From an uncultured virus (IMG/VR IMGVR_UViG_2928819513_000009) (lineage: Duplodnaviria > Heunggongvirae > Uroviricota > Caudoviricetes), in IMG/VR virus record IMGVR_UViG_2928819513_000009, positions 1 through 64,000 of that record: 64,000 nucleotides of DNA; one strand, 5' to 3'. The translations under genes and the position numbers were made by a program. This document shows, in pieces, positions 1 through 8,936 of this stretch. Position 1 is the first letter of the stretch; every line of letters begins with the position of its first letter. A model generated the notes under the pieces. The model was not told the DNA's origin. It saw only the letters and a list, made by a program, of their open reading frames with translations, and made no database searches.

Positions 1-608
1 ATGGGCAGCATGAACCAATTCGTCTGCGCCGTTGCCGGCTTCGTTGCCCGTGTCGGTGTTCAATGGGATGGGTGCCTCACCCAACCAAAGGTCAGGGAAG
101 CTTTCAGCCTCCCGGCTTGGTCGCCGACCTGGCGCCACTGGCTTCTACTTGCGCCCATTCCCAACGCCTGTGACCGGCTGCCCGGCGAAAATGGCTTCGG
201 CGAGCGGCATCGCGGCGGAGCCGAGGAGGTGAGCGTCCTGGCTTCCTAACTCGGCTCGCAGATCTCCCTCGGCTTCGTGCGCCAGAACGGTCCGTTCGCC
301 GCCCGCATCATGCGTCAGGCTTCCAACCCAGGCGCACAGCAACCCCAGCTTACCACGTGGCCAGCATACCGGGCCGGTGGCGGGATAGGGGAGGGCGCAG
401 AAGGTCGGGGCACCAAGGACAGGATGGGTAACGCCTACCGCCAATTTGGGGCTCCGGTTGGGTGGTGGGAAAGGTGAGCGGGAAGGGTGGTCAATTCCTC
501 CGCCGCTCACCGGCCGCACCGCGGTGGGGACGCGAGGCGGCGATTCGATGGGCTCATCATTTCGCCAAAATGGCGAGTGCGAAACTTATAATGCACGGGG
601 TTGGTTAT

Positions 609-1157
609 ATGAGAACCAAATGCGAACCTTCCGATGCTGATCTGACCGACCCGGTTCTCAAGATCAAGCACGCGTTCCGCATGCTGGTGAAGCAGGCCGG
701 CGGCGTCGAGGCTGCGGCGGCCGAAGTCGGCATCAGCATCGCGTCGATCTCCAACTACACCAACCCGAACAAGCCGGACCAAGTCCGTGTCGACGTCATG
801 CACGCGCTGGAGCGGGCCATCGGCGACCCGGTGATGCTTCGGGTGCTGGCTGACCTGCACGGCTTCGAGCTGACCCCGAAGGCCCCGGCCGACGGGGACG
901 ATCACCAGGGGCTCGACATCCATCTCCCGGACAGCATGGACGTGACGCTGAAGGCCGCCGAGATCGGGCAGGCCCTGGCCGATGCGATCGAGCGCGGGGT
1001 GATGACCGAGGAGACGGCTCTCCGCATCGAGGACCGGTGCGGTCGGATCGTGAGCCGCGCCGTGAAGATGCGCGATGTCGCTGCCCGCATCCGGGCCATC
1101 GTCAAGAAGAGCCGGAAGCCGTGGTCCTTGCGTGCCCGCGTCAAGGGAGGCGAGTGA
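609..1157 (+). CDS. Phage CII-like/HTH regulatory protein
   Basis: LVKQAGGVEAAAAEVGISIASISNY HTH-like segment followed by VMHALERAIGDPVMLRVLA; heads a translationally coupled early operon; start ATG 609 chosen. Confidence 0.6.
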   Translation: MRTKCEPSDADLTDPVLKIKHAFRMLVKQAGGVEAAAAEVGISIASISNYTNPNKPDQVRVDVMHALERAIGDPVMLRVLADLHGFELTPKAPADGDDHQGLDIHLPDSMDVTLKAAEIGQALADAIERGVMTEETALRIEDRCGRIVSRAVKMRDVAARIRAIVKKSRKPWSLRARVKGGE

Positions 1158-1357
1158 TGGACGGCATCACGAATTCCAAGCCGGCGACGGGCAGCGCGGT
1201 GTCTGCCGAAGCGACCCGCCAGCCAAAGTTTCACGGCGCCGCCCGCGGTGCTGGTGGCCACGCCCACATGCTGGCTGTCGACCTGCCGAGCGAGCTGGGC
1301 GGCGACGCGATCGCGTCCGAGTGGGGCGGGCCGCAGTTCCAGGTGAACAAGCAATGA
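1157..1357 (+). CDS. Hypothetical phage protein
   Basis: TGATG coupling with upstream gene, GGAGG RBS. Confidence 0.5.
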   Translation: MDGITNSKPATGSAVSAEATRQPKFHGAARGAGGHAHMLAVDLPSELGGDAIASEWGGPQFQVNKQ

Positions 1358-1611
1358 GCGCCGCCCCTCGCCGCAATCCCTCTCACGGTTCCCCCTGGAG
1401 CCGGAGCAACGGGAACCTGTTTCGGTTCGAGCGTGTGCGTCACGACTATGATGACCGCACGGTCCCTGCCGACATGCTGGAGCAGATCCGCAGCTTCACC
1501 GGCAAGGTGCAGCAGTGCCCACCCTCCGCCTACGCCTCGCAGTTTGGTCAGGCCCTGTCGTCGACCGGCACCGCCGGTGGGCGCGTCCATGGGAAGGGCA
1601 GGGTGCGATGA
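1354..1611 (+). CDS. Hypothetical phage protein
   Basis: ATGA overlaps on both sides. Confidence 0.5.
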   Translation: MSAAPRRNPSHGSPWSRSNGNLFRFERVRHDYDDRTVPADMLEQIRSFTGKVQQCPPSAYASQFGQALSSTGTAGGRVHGKGRVR

Positions 1612-2108
1612 CCAAGCGCGGCGGAACCGTCAGCCTTGCCGACCTCGCTCCGGCCTACCAGGACCGGGCCATCCGGATCCATGCCGGCGTGATGGAGGGG
1701 GAGAAGGCTCTGAAGCAGGGCCGGCGGAGCGCGCTGCTGCGGAAGGAATCGGAGGACGCTTTCAACATCGTGGTGGAGCGCTTCCTCACCTATGCGCTTC
1801 CGCCCTTGGACACGTGGTTCTGCCACATCCCGAACGAAGGGAAGCGGAGCAAGGCCGAGGGCGCCAAGCTGAAGGCCAAGGGGATGAAGAAGGGGGCGGC
1901 TGACCTGCTCCTCATCCACCTCGGTCGGGCTTTCATGCTCGAACTCAAGGTCACCGGCGGGAAGGTCTCCGCCGACCAGGCGCTGTGCCATGCCGACGTG
2001 CGCCGAGCGGGTGCACCGGTGGCCGTCGCCTTCACCCTCACCGAAGTTGAAACCGCCCTGCGCACCTGGGGAATCCCGCTGCGCGGCACTGCGCAAGGAT
2101 TCGCCTGA
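1608..2108 (+). CDS. VRR-NUC domain nuclease (resolvase-like)
   Basis: HIPNEGKR...GMKKGAADL...MLELK...GKVSADQ motif pattern. Confidence 0.85.
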   Translation: MTKRGGTVSLADLAPAYQDRAIRIHAGVMEGEKALKQGRRSALLRKESEDAFNIVVERFLTYALPPLDTWFCHIPNEGKRSKAEGAKLKAKGMKKGAADLLLIHLGRAFMLELKVTGGKVSADQALCHADVRRAGAPVAVAFTLTEVETALRTWGIPLRGTAQGFA

Positions 2109-3388
2109 TGAACGCCACCGTGAAGGAGCGGCCCCGCGCCGACCATGGCACCGTCTCCAACCTGATGCCGTCCGTGACCCTCGATGCGCAAGCGCTGCGC
2201 AAGGCGGTCGAGGCCGTCGCCCCGGCAATGGACCTGCGTTCGGCCAATCCGCTCCTCGCGCACATCGCTTTCGTCGTGGAGGCCGAGGGGGGCGTTACGG
2301 TTCGTGCGACCAATGAGGATTCGAGCCTGGACGTGACGTGCGACGTCCGTTCGGCCGAGGGTGCCGTGCCGTTTGCAGCCGCGATCTCGGGACGCACGCT
2401 GACCAAGCTGCTCGCCTCAGTGGGGCCGTCGCCGATCACGATGTCGCTGACGACCAACGGGGTTGTGCTTCAGTGCGGAGACCTGTCGGGCCGGATCCCG
2501 GTGTTGCCGATCGCTGACTTCCCCGCCGTTATCCATTCCGTCTGCGATCGCCCCTTCGAGATGCCGGCTGGCGATCTCGTCCAGCTGCTGGAAACAGTGC
2601 AGCACGCCATCTCGACGGAGGAAACCCGCTACTATCTCAACGGCGTACACATCCATCGCAGGGACGGCAAACTGGTCGCCGCGGCGACGGACGGCCATCG
2701 AATGGCGATCGCAAGCCTCGCCACTCCGGTGGACGGGACGCATCCAGACCTCGACGCCGGTGTCATCCTTCATCGCAAGGCGGTGAAGCATCTGCTGCGG
2801 CTGCTGGCCGTGTTGCCCGACACCGTCGCGGTTGTGGTGCGACTGAGTTCGGACCAGCCCGCGAACGGTCGGAGGATCGGTGGGCGGCCGAGAATGGCCT
2901 TCTCCTGGTCTCATGGTGACATGCAAGTCCGTGTCGACTGCGGCCTGATCGATGGCACCTTCCCGGACTATATCAAGGTCATTCCGCAGACCTTCACCCG
3001 GCAGTGCGTGGTCTATCGCTCGTTCCTTCGCCGGGCGGCGCATACCCTGCTGAGCGTCCTGGGCGAAGTCCGGGACAGGCCCGACGGCAAGCCTTGGCTG
3101 AAGCTCTTGTTCGTGCTCGACAAGACCTGCCTCCGGCTGTCCGGCTCGTCTGAAGAGCACGGGGATCTCACGACGAGGGTAACCGTCGCCAGTCAGGACG
3201 CGGTCGAGACCGGATTCAATGCCCGCTATGTCGTCGAATGCATGGATGCGTTCGAGTGCGACGCGGTGGCCGTCAAATTCAACGATGCGCGCGAACCTTT
3301 TGTTCTTGAGGCTGCCGAGGATGGGCGTGTGACCCAGGGGCGGGAGCGCGTCTCGCTGCTCCAAGTCCTGATGCCGGCTCGGGTCTGA
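2108..3388 (+). CDS. dnaN: DNA polymerase III beta sliding clamp homologue
   Basis: [40 protein letters not shown] and C-terminal VLMPARV motifs. Confidence 0.93.
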   Translation: MNATVKERPRADHGTVSNLMPSVTLDAQALRKAVEAVAPAMDLRSANPLLAHIAFVVEAEGGVTVRATNEDSSLDVTCDVRSAEGAVPFAAAISGRTLTKLLASVGPSPITMSLTTNGVVLQCGDLSGRIPVLPIADFPAVIHSVCDRPFEMPAGDLVQLLETVQHAISTEETRYYLNGVHIHRRDGKLVAAATDGHRMAIASLATPVDGTHPDLDAGVILHRKAVKHLLRLLAVLPDTVAVVVRLSSDQPANGRRIGGRPRMAFSWSHGDMQVRVDCGLIDGTFPDYIKVIPQTFTRQCVVYRSFLRRAAHTLLSVLGEVRDRPDGKPWLKLLFVLDKTCLRLSGSSEEHGDLTTRVTVASQDAVETGFNARYVVECMDAFECDAVAVKFNDAREPFVLEAAEDGRVTQGRERVSLLQVLMPARV

Positions 3389-3399
3389 GGAGCAACGCG

Positions 3400-3663
3400 A
3401 TGGGCGGCATCCACGACAACAGCGTTGAAGGCATTGCGGCGGATCGCCTGAAATCCTTCGTCGAGCGCATCGAGCGCCTGGAGGAGGAGAAGAAGGGTCT
3501 GCAGGAGGACGTCAAGGAGGTCTACGCCGAGGCCAAGGGCACCGGTTTCGACACCAAGATCATCCGCCAGATCATCCGCCTGCGGAAGATGGACAAGGCC
3601 GACCGCCAGGAGCAGGAAGCCATCCTTGAGCTGTACAAGGAAGCCCTGGGCATGGTGGAGTGA
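3400..3663 (+). CDS. gapR: GapR-family (DUF2312) nucleoid-associated protein
   Basis: [17 protein letters not shown]...[25 protein letters not shown] signature. Confidence 0.93.
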   Translation: MGGIHDNSVEGIAADRLKSFVERIERLEEEKKGLQEDVKEVYAEAKGTGFDTKIIRQIIRLRKMDKADRQEQEAILELYKEALGMVE

Positions 3664-3935
3664 CCATGTCGGCCGGCGGCGATCTCCTCACCATCATCAA
3701 CGCTCTGGTCGTGGCGCGCATCAAGCGCGGCCTGACGCAGGAGCATCTTGCGCAGAAGCTCGGCGTCACCCGCCAGTGCCTGTCGGCGTGGGAGAAGCTC
3801 ACCAACTTTCCGCCGAGCGACAAGCTGTTCGCCTGGGCGAAGCTGCTGGGCATTCGCTTCGTCGCCATGGACCTGGACAATCCATTCCAAGACGCAACGG
3901 AGAATTGCGCGACGGAAACGGCGGTGACCGCATGA
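3660..3935 (+). CDS. XRE-family HTH protein
   Basis: [26 protein letters not shown]. Confidence 0.88.
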   Translation: MTMSAGGDLLTIINALVVARIKRGLTQEHLAQKLGVTRQCLSAWEKLTNFPPSDKLFAWAKLLGIRFVAMDLDNPFQDATENCATETAVTA

Positions 3936-4168
3936 AGCCCGCCATCATCCAGCACGTCGAAGCGCCTTGCCCGAGCGGAGCGGTTTCGCTGCTGCGCGGA
4001 CGAGCGGTCCGCATCATCCGCTCCGCCGGCACCGACGCTGCGGCGCCGGTGATCGTCGAAGAGCTGCAAGCCGTCGGCGTGGCGCTGCCGGGTCAGCTCG
4101 GGATCTGGCCCGCCGCCGAGGTGGCGAAGGGGCTCGGCAACCTCACGAAGGTCCGGAGGAAGGCATGA
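3932..4168 (+). CDS. Hypothetical protein
   Basis: ATGA-coupled ORF. Confidence 0.55.
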   Translation: MKPAIIQHVEAPCPSGAVSLLRGRAVRIIRSAGTDAAAPVIVEELQAVGVALPGQLGIWPAAEVAKGLGNLTKVRRKA

Positions 4169-4758
4169 CCAAGCGCGCCAGCAATTCGCAGAACTCACAG
4201 GGTTGCCCACAGGTGCCAGCCTTCATTCGTCGCTCCGGAACCCTGGTCGCCCGCATCGAGGCATCGCTTCCGGCCTGCATGCTGAACATGCTGGTTCGGA
4301 CGTTGCTCGATACGGTGTCGCTGAACCCGCGCCAACGAGCGTTCTACAAGACGCTGATGCCAGATCTGGTCTCGGCCGTCGACGGACCGTTCATGACCGA
4401 GGCGCGGCCGATCCGCGAGCGCCTGGCGGAGATCGCCTCGGGTGTGGCGCGCTACGCGATCACGCGGAACGGAATCGCCAAGGATCCGCTGCCGGTGCTG
4501 CTGGGCGTCATGTTCTGGATGGAGCCGGTGGTGGACGGCCACATCGCTCTTCCGCATCAGGGCCCGGCCCTCCCGCGCGTCTACCAGCTCCTCTGCCAGG
4601 AGGTGCTGCACATGCTGGCGGTGGAGCGGAACGCCGAAGACATCCTGCTCTGCGCCGACATGGGCGATTGCATCGTGCCAGTCATCCAGCAGCGGCTGGA
4701 AGGACTGGGGTTCTTCATCGGTGCGACCAGCGACGCCGCCGAGGCGGTGGCAGCATGA
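4165..4758 (+). CDS. Hypothetical protein
   Basis: ATGA-coupled, GGAGG RBS, typical codon usage. Confidence 0.6.
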   Translation: MTKRASNSQNSQGCPQVPAFIRRSGTLVARIEASLPACMLNMLVRTLLDTVSLNPRQRAFYKTLMPDLVSAVDGPFMTEARPIRERLAEIASGVARYAITRNGIAKDPLPVLLGVMFWMEPVVDGHIALPHQGPALPRVYQLLCQEVLHMLAVERNAEDILLCADMGDCIVPVIQQRLEGLGFFIGATSDAAEAVAA

Positions 4759-5024
4759 ACACCGGCGCCCCACCGATTTTCCCGAACGAAACCGACCTGC
4801 TGCAGGCGACGCCGGCCAGTACGGCGCCGGTGGGCGCCAGCCTTCCGGTGATCATCGCTACCGCCGGCATGCCCGACGGCGCGACGGCCGAAGCGTGCGA
4901 CTGCGCCCGCGTCGCCCTGGACACGCTGTTCTGTCGCGCCTGGATCGAGCGCCGGCTTGCCGCTGATGGCCCGCTGTTCCGCAGGACCGTCGTCGGCGAT
5001 CGCATTGCGGAGGCCGTTCGATGA
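4755..5024 (+). CDS. Hypothetical protein
   Basis: ATGA-coupled ORF. Confidence 0.5.
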   Translation: MNTGAPPIFPNETDLLQATPASTAPVGASLPVIIATAGMPDGATAEACDCARVALDTLFCRAWIERRLAADGPLFRRTVVGDRIAEAVR

Positions 5025-5668
5025 GCGTCGCAATGGAAATCCGTGACGATCACCGGCGTCCGCCGCTCCCGCACTGGCATGCCGCCGGCAAGGCCTGTCG
5101 CTGGTGCGGCTCGGACGATGGCGGCACCGACCAGTTCGGTGGCCACGAATACGCCGTCGGCGGCTACTGGCACGAGGCCTGCCTCACCGCCTACGCCACC
5201 GCCGTCAGCAGCAAGGCGCAGCGGCTCTTCGTCGAAAAGCGCGATCTCGGCCTGTGCGCCGGCTGCGGCGCGAACGCGGAGCGCGCCATGTTTCACGCCA
5301 TGCAGAACGATCCGAACCCGCCATTCTACGGCTGGGAGGTGGTTCGCGTCATGAAGCGCTGGATCGATCCGGAGTTCCACTGCGTCGCCAACAGCACCTG
5401 GTTCCGACGCGCCCCGGCACCGGCCGGCGTGGTCGAGAAGCTGCCGCCGTGGATGACGTGGGAGGCGGACCACATCGTCCCGCTCTGGTCCGTCGACCGC
5501 ACCCTGCCGTGGGAGGAACTCCAGCGATTCTGGTCGCTCGACAACCTCCAGACCCTTTGCAGCCGCTGCCACAAGCGCAAGTCCGCCAGGGAGGCAGCCG
5601 AGCGCGCGGCGCTGAAGCGCGGACCGGATGCGCAAATGGGCCTGCTGCTGACCGGGAGCGCGGCATGA
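5021..5668 (+). CDS. HNH endonuclease with Zn-binding CxxC pairs
   Basis: CRWC, CAGC, WEADHIVPL...NLQTLCSRCHKRKS. Confidence 0.88.
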   Translation: MSVAMEIRDDHRRPPLPHWHAAGKACRWCGSDDGGTDQFGGHEYAVGGYWHEACLTAYATAVSSKAQRLFVEKRDLGLCAGCGANAERAMFHAMQNDPNPPFYGWEVVRVMKRWIDPEFHCVANSTWFRRAPAPAGVVEKLPPWMTWEADHIVPLWSVDRTLPWEELQRFWSLDNLQTLCSRCHKRKSAREAAERAALKRGPDAQMGLLLTGSAA

Positions 5669-6234
5669 CCTTGGTGAACTGGCATTTCGGCGACCTTCGG
5701 CCCAACCACTACGGCGTGATCTACGCTGATCCGCCCTGGTACTTCGGCACCTTCTCCGACAAGGGTCGCGACCGCTCTGCGGCGTACGATTGCATGTCGC
5801 TGGAAGCGATCAAAGCCCTGCCGGTGGCCGATCTCGCCGCGAAGGATTGTGCGCTCCTGATGTGGGCCATTGACCCGATGCTGCCAGAAGCCTTCGAGGT
5901 GCTGAGCGCCTGGGGGTTCCGCTACAAGACCGTGGGCTTCTACTGGGAGAAGTTGAACGCCGACGGCACGCCTTTCACCGGGCTGGGCTACTGGACACGC
6001 GCCAATCCCGAACAGTGCCTTCTGGCAACGCGCGGCAAGCCGAAGCGGCTGGCCCGAGATGTTCGCCGGCTGATCCGCGCGCCGCGGCGCGCGCATTCCC
6101 AGAAGCCCGACGAAGTCCGAACCCGCATCGAGCGACTGCTGCCTGGTCCCTATTGCGAGCTCTTCGCCCGGACCCGGCCGGATGGCTGGGACGTCTTCGG
6201 AAACCAAACTGATCGGTTCGAGGTGGCGGCATGA
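5665..6234 (+). CDS. MT-A70 family adenine methyltransferase
   Basis: IYADPPW, GLGYWTRANPE, HSQKP, ELFAR. Confidence 0.92.
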   Translation: MTLVNWHFGDLRPNHYGVIYADPPWYFGTFSDKGRDRSAAYDCMSLEAIKALPVADLAAKDCALLMWAIDPMLPEAFEVLSAWGFRYKTVGFYWEKLNADGTPFTGLGYWTRANPEQCLLATRGKPKRLARDVRRLIRAPRRAHSQKPDEVRTRIERLLPGPYCELFARTRPDGWDVFGNQTDRFEVAA

Positions 6235-7412
6235 CGGTCAAAATTCTCATTGGTGACTGCCGTGAGCGGCTGACCGATCTGCCGGACGCCTCCGTGCAGT
6301 GCTGCGTCACCAGTCCTCCGTATTTCGGTCTGCGCGACTATGGCGCAGACGGTCAAATCGGTCTGGAGCCGACACCGGAGGAGTTTGTCGACGCCATGGT
6401 CGCGGTGTTCCGCGAGGTGCGGCGCGTCCTACGGGACGACGGCACCCTGTGGCTGAACCTTGGCGACAGCTACGCCAATGATGGAAAGTTCGGCGGAGCC
6501 ACCGGGGGCAAGCACAGCAAGTGGCTCCATGGTGGGGAGACCCGGATCGGGCGCGAGAAGCGGCGGACAGGCCTGAAGCCGAAGGATCTTATCGGGGTCC
6601 CGTGGCGCGTGGCCTTCGCTCTCCAGTCTGATGGCTGGTATCTGCGTTCTGACATCATCTGGCACAAGCCGAATCCGATGCCGGAGAGCATCAACGATCG
6701 GCCGACGAGCGCGCACGAGCACGTCTTCCTCCTGACCAAGAGCGATCGCTATTTCTACGATGCAGATGCAATCCGAGAGAATGCTGAGGGGGCGGAGGAT
6801 GCCGGCAAAGGCAAGTCGCGATACAACTTCAAGCGTTCGGGGTCGAAACGCGGGGTGCCGCTGACGCCAGATGCAAATTGCGGAACGCACCGGTCTGACC
6901 GGATGGCGACGGATGTCGCGCCAACCCGGAACGCTCGCAATGTTTGGACCATCGCAACCCGGCCGTTTGCGGAGGCGCACTTCGCCACCTTCCCGCCCGA
7001 TCTTGCCGAAATCTGCATCAAGGCAGGCTCCTCGGCCCGTGGCTGCTGCGCATCCTGCGGCTCGCCATGGGGGCGTGTTCGTGGCGAGCCTGTGCCTGTC
7101 GAAGGCCGAGGCGCTGGGAATGGCTTCGTCCGACCTGAGCGGCTGACGATGGGGGGGCGGGGCGTAGAGGAGGCGTGGACGCCGACGGACCGCCCAACGG
7201 TTGGCTGGCGCCCCTCATGCTCCTGTGCGGAGGCTGAACCCATGCCCTGCGCAGTCCTGGATCCCTTCGGAGGCGCCGGCACCACCGGTCTCGTTGCCGA
7301 TCGGCTCGGTCGCAACGCTATGCTCATCGAACTGAACCCGGAGTACGCCGCCATGGCGGAGCGACGGATTCGTCGCGACGCTGGTCTGTTCGCACAGACG
7401 GAGGCGGCATGA
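6231..7412 (+). CDS. Beta-class N4-C/N6-A DNA methyltransferase with Cys-rich insertion
   Basis: VTSPPY at N-terminus, HFATFP, LDPFGGAGTT at C-terminus. Confidence 0.93.
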   Translation: MTVKILIGDCRERLTDLPDASVQCCVTSPPYFGLRDYGADGQIGLEPTPEEFVDAMVAVFREVRRVLRDDGTLWLNLGDSYANDGKFGGATGGKHSKWLHGGETRIGREKRRTGLKPKDLIGVPWRVAFALQSDGWYLRSDIIWHKPNPMPESINDRPTSAHEHVFLLTKSDRYFYDADAIRENAEGAEDAGKGKSRYNFKRSGSKRGVPLTPDANCGTHRSDRMATDVAPTRNARNVWTIATRPFAEAHFATFPPDLAEICIKAGSSARGCCASCGSPWGRVRGEPVPVEGRGAGNGFVRPERLTMGGRGVEEAWTPTDRPTVGWRPSCSCAEAEPMPCAVLDPFGGAGTTGLVADRLGRNAMLIELNPEYAAMAERRIRRDAGLFAQTEAA

Positions 7413-8050
7413 AGCGCCAACCCAGCCCCGCCGCAGAATTGACCGAGTTCGCCGAAGGTCGTCGTTATGCCACCATCATGGCGGACCCCCCGTGGCGGTT
7501 CATGAATAGCACCGGGAAGGTCGCGCCGGAGCACAAGCGCCTGTCCCGCTACAGCACGATGGCGCTGGAGGAGATCTGTGCGCTGCCGGTGGCGGACATC
7601 ACCGCGTCGACCGCGCACCTTTACCTCTGGGTCCCGAACGCCCTGTTGCCGGAGGGCCTGCGCGTCCTTACCGCTTGGGGGTTCGAGTACAAGACCAACC
7701 TCGTCTGGCACAAGGTACGCCAGGACGGCGGCTCCGACGGGCGCGGGGTGGGCTTCTACTTCCGCAACGTGACGGAGCTGCTCCTGTTCGGCGTGCGCGG
7801 CAAGAAGGCCCGCACGCTCGATGCCGGCCGCCGCCAGGTCAACCTGTTCGCGACGCGCAAGCGCGAGCACAGCCGGAAGCCGGACGAGCAATACGACCTG
7901 ATCGAGGCGTGCAGCCCCGGTCCTTACCTGGAAATGTTCGCGCGATTCCCGCGCGCCGGCTGGTCGCAGTGGGGGGATCAAGCCCCTGACGATGCGACGG
8001 CGCTGGATCCGCTTCTCCTGAATCCCTGCCAATTGGAGGTCGCGCTGTGA
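7409..8050 (+). CDS. Second MT-A70 family methyltransferase
   Basis: MADPPW, DGRGVGFYFRNVTE, REHSRKP, EMFAR. Confidence 0.92.
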   Translation: MKRQPSPAAELTEFAEGRRYATIMADPPWRFMNSTGKVAPEHKRLSRYSTMALEEICALPVADITASTAHLYLWVPNALLPEGLRVLTAWGFEYKTNLVWHKVRQDGGSDGRGVGFYFRNVTELLLFGVRGKKARTLDAGRRQVNLFATRKREHSRKPDEQYDLIEACSPGPYLEMFARFPRAGWSQWGDQAPDDATALDPLLLNPCQLEVAL

Positions 8051-8565
8051 CGGCCCGAAGCAGTTTCCTCACTCCTGAGCAGCGGGCGGCCGAACTGTTT
8101 GGCCCATGCACATGCTCTGTCGAATTTACGTCGTGCGATAGGACGGCTCCTGATTGTGCTCGTTGTAATTGGTCTGCCGATGTTGCGTCCATCATCGCCG
8201 ATGCGGTGGCGGCCGAGACTGATCGGTGCACCCATGGCCGCGAGCAAGCGCACCGGCATAGCGAGCGCCCTATGAAGCGTGCATTCCGCCTGCTGGCAGA
8301 GGGGGCATGGATTGCCATCCACGTCATCATCTTCATTGCCGGGATAGTGGTCTGGGTGAGCATGTCCCCGTCGATGCAGATCGCATCGGCCATCTTCATG
8401 GCCGGCGGCTTGATCGGCGGCGCCATCCACTTTCGCAAGCCGACCGACATCGTGTTGCGCTGTGATGTCATTGACGGCCTGAACGCCACCGTTTCCGGCG
8501 GCGGCCACGTCTATGTCGTGGCCCCGAATGCCAAGGGCGTGAATGCGAAAGGAGTCGCTCAATGA
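8047..8565 (+). CDS. Hypothetical membrane protein
   Basis: Coupled ORF with N-terminal Cys cluster and two hydrophobic segments. Confidence 0.5.
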   Translation: MTARSSFLTPEQRAAELFGPCTCSVEFTSCDRTAPDCARCNWSADVASIIADAVAAETDRCTHGREQAHRHSERPMKRAFRLLAEGAWIAIHVIIFIAGIVVWVSMSPSMQIASAIFMAGGLIGGAIHFRKPTDIVLRCDVIDGLNATVSGGGHVYVVAPNAKGVNAKGVAQ

Positions 8566-8936
8566 CCGCCCTCGCCACTGGGGTTGTGGGCGCCGACATC
8601 GTGCGCCTGATTGCCGGCCACAGGTTCGACCTCTCCAACGAGAAGGTGGCCCAAGCCGAGCTCGAATCCATTCTGATCAAGGCGGAGATTCCGTTCGAGC
8701 GGGAGCATCGGCTTTCGGCCCGCGACATCGTCGACTTCCTTGTCGACGGTGGGGTCGCCGTGGAGATGAAGATTCGCGGTCATCAGAAGATGGCCGTGTA
8801 CCAGCAGCTCGCCCGGTACGCCCGTCATGAGACAGTGAGGGAGGTGGTGCTGATCACCAATATGGCGATGGGCCTGCCGGAGGAGATCGAAGGCAAGCCT
8901 GCGTGGTATGCGTCCCTCGGGCGGGGGTGGCTGTGA
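8562..8936 (+). CDS. Small PD-(D/E)XK-superfamily nuclease-like protein
   Basis: NEK...FERE...IVDFLV...VAVEMK...QLARY pattern. Confidence 0.65.
   Translation: MTALATGVVGADIVRLIAGHRFDLSNEKVAQAELESILIKAEIPFEREHRLSARDIVDFLVDGGVAVEMKIRGHQKMAVYQQLARYARHETVREVVLITNMAMGLPEEIEGKPAWYASLGRGWL

Noticed and set aside
1..600. 82-aa ORF at window start and hairpin-rich intergenic region (e.g. GGTGAGCGG...CCGCTCACC)
   Set aside because: No recognisable protein or RNA family; cannot support a call
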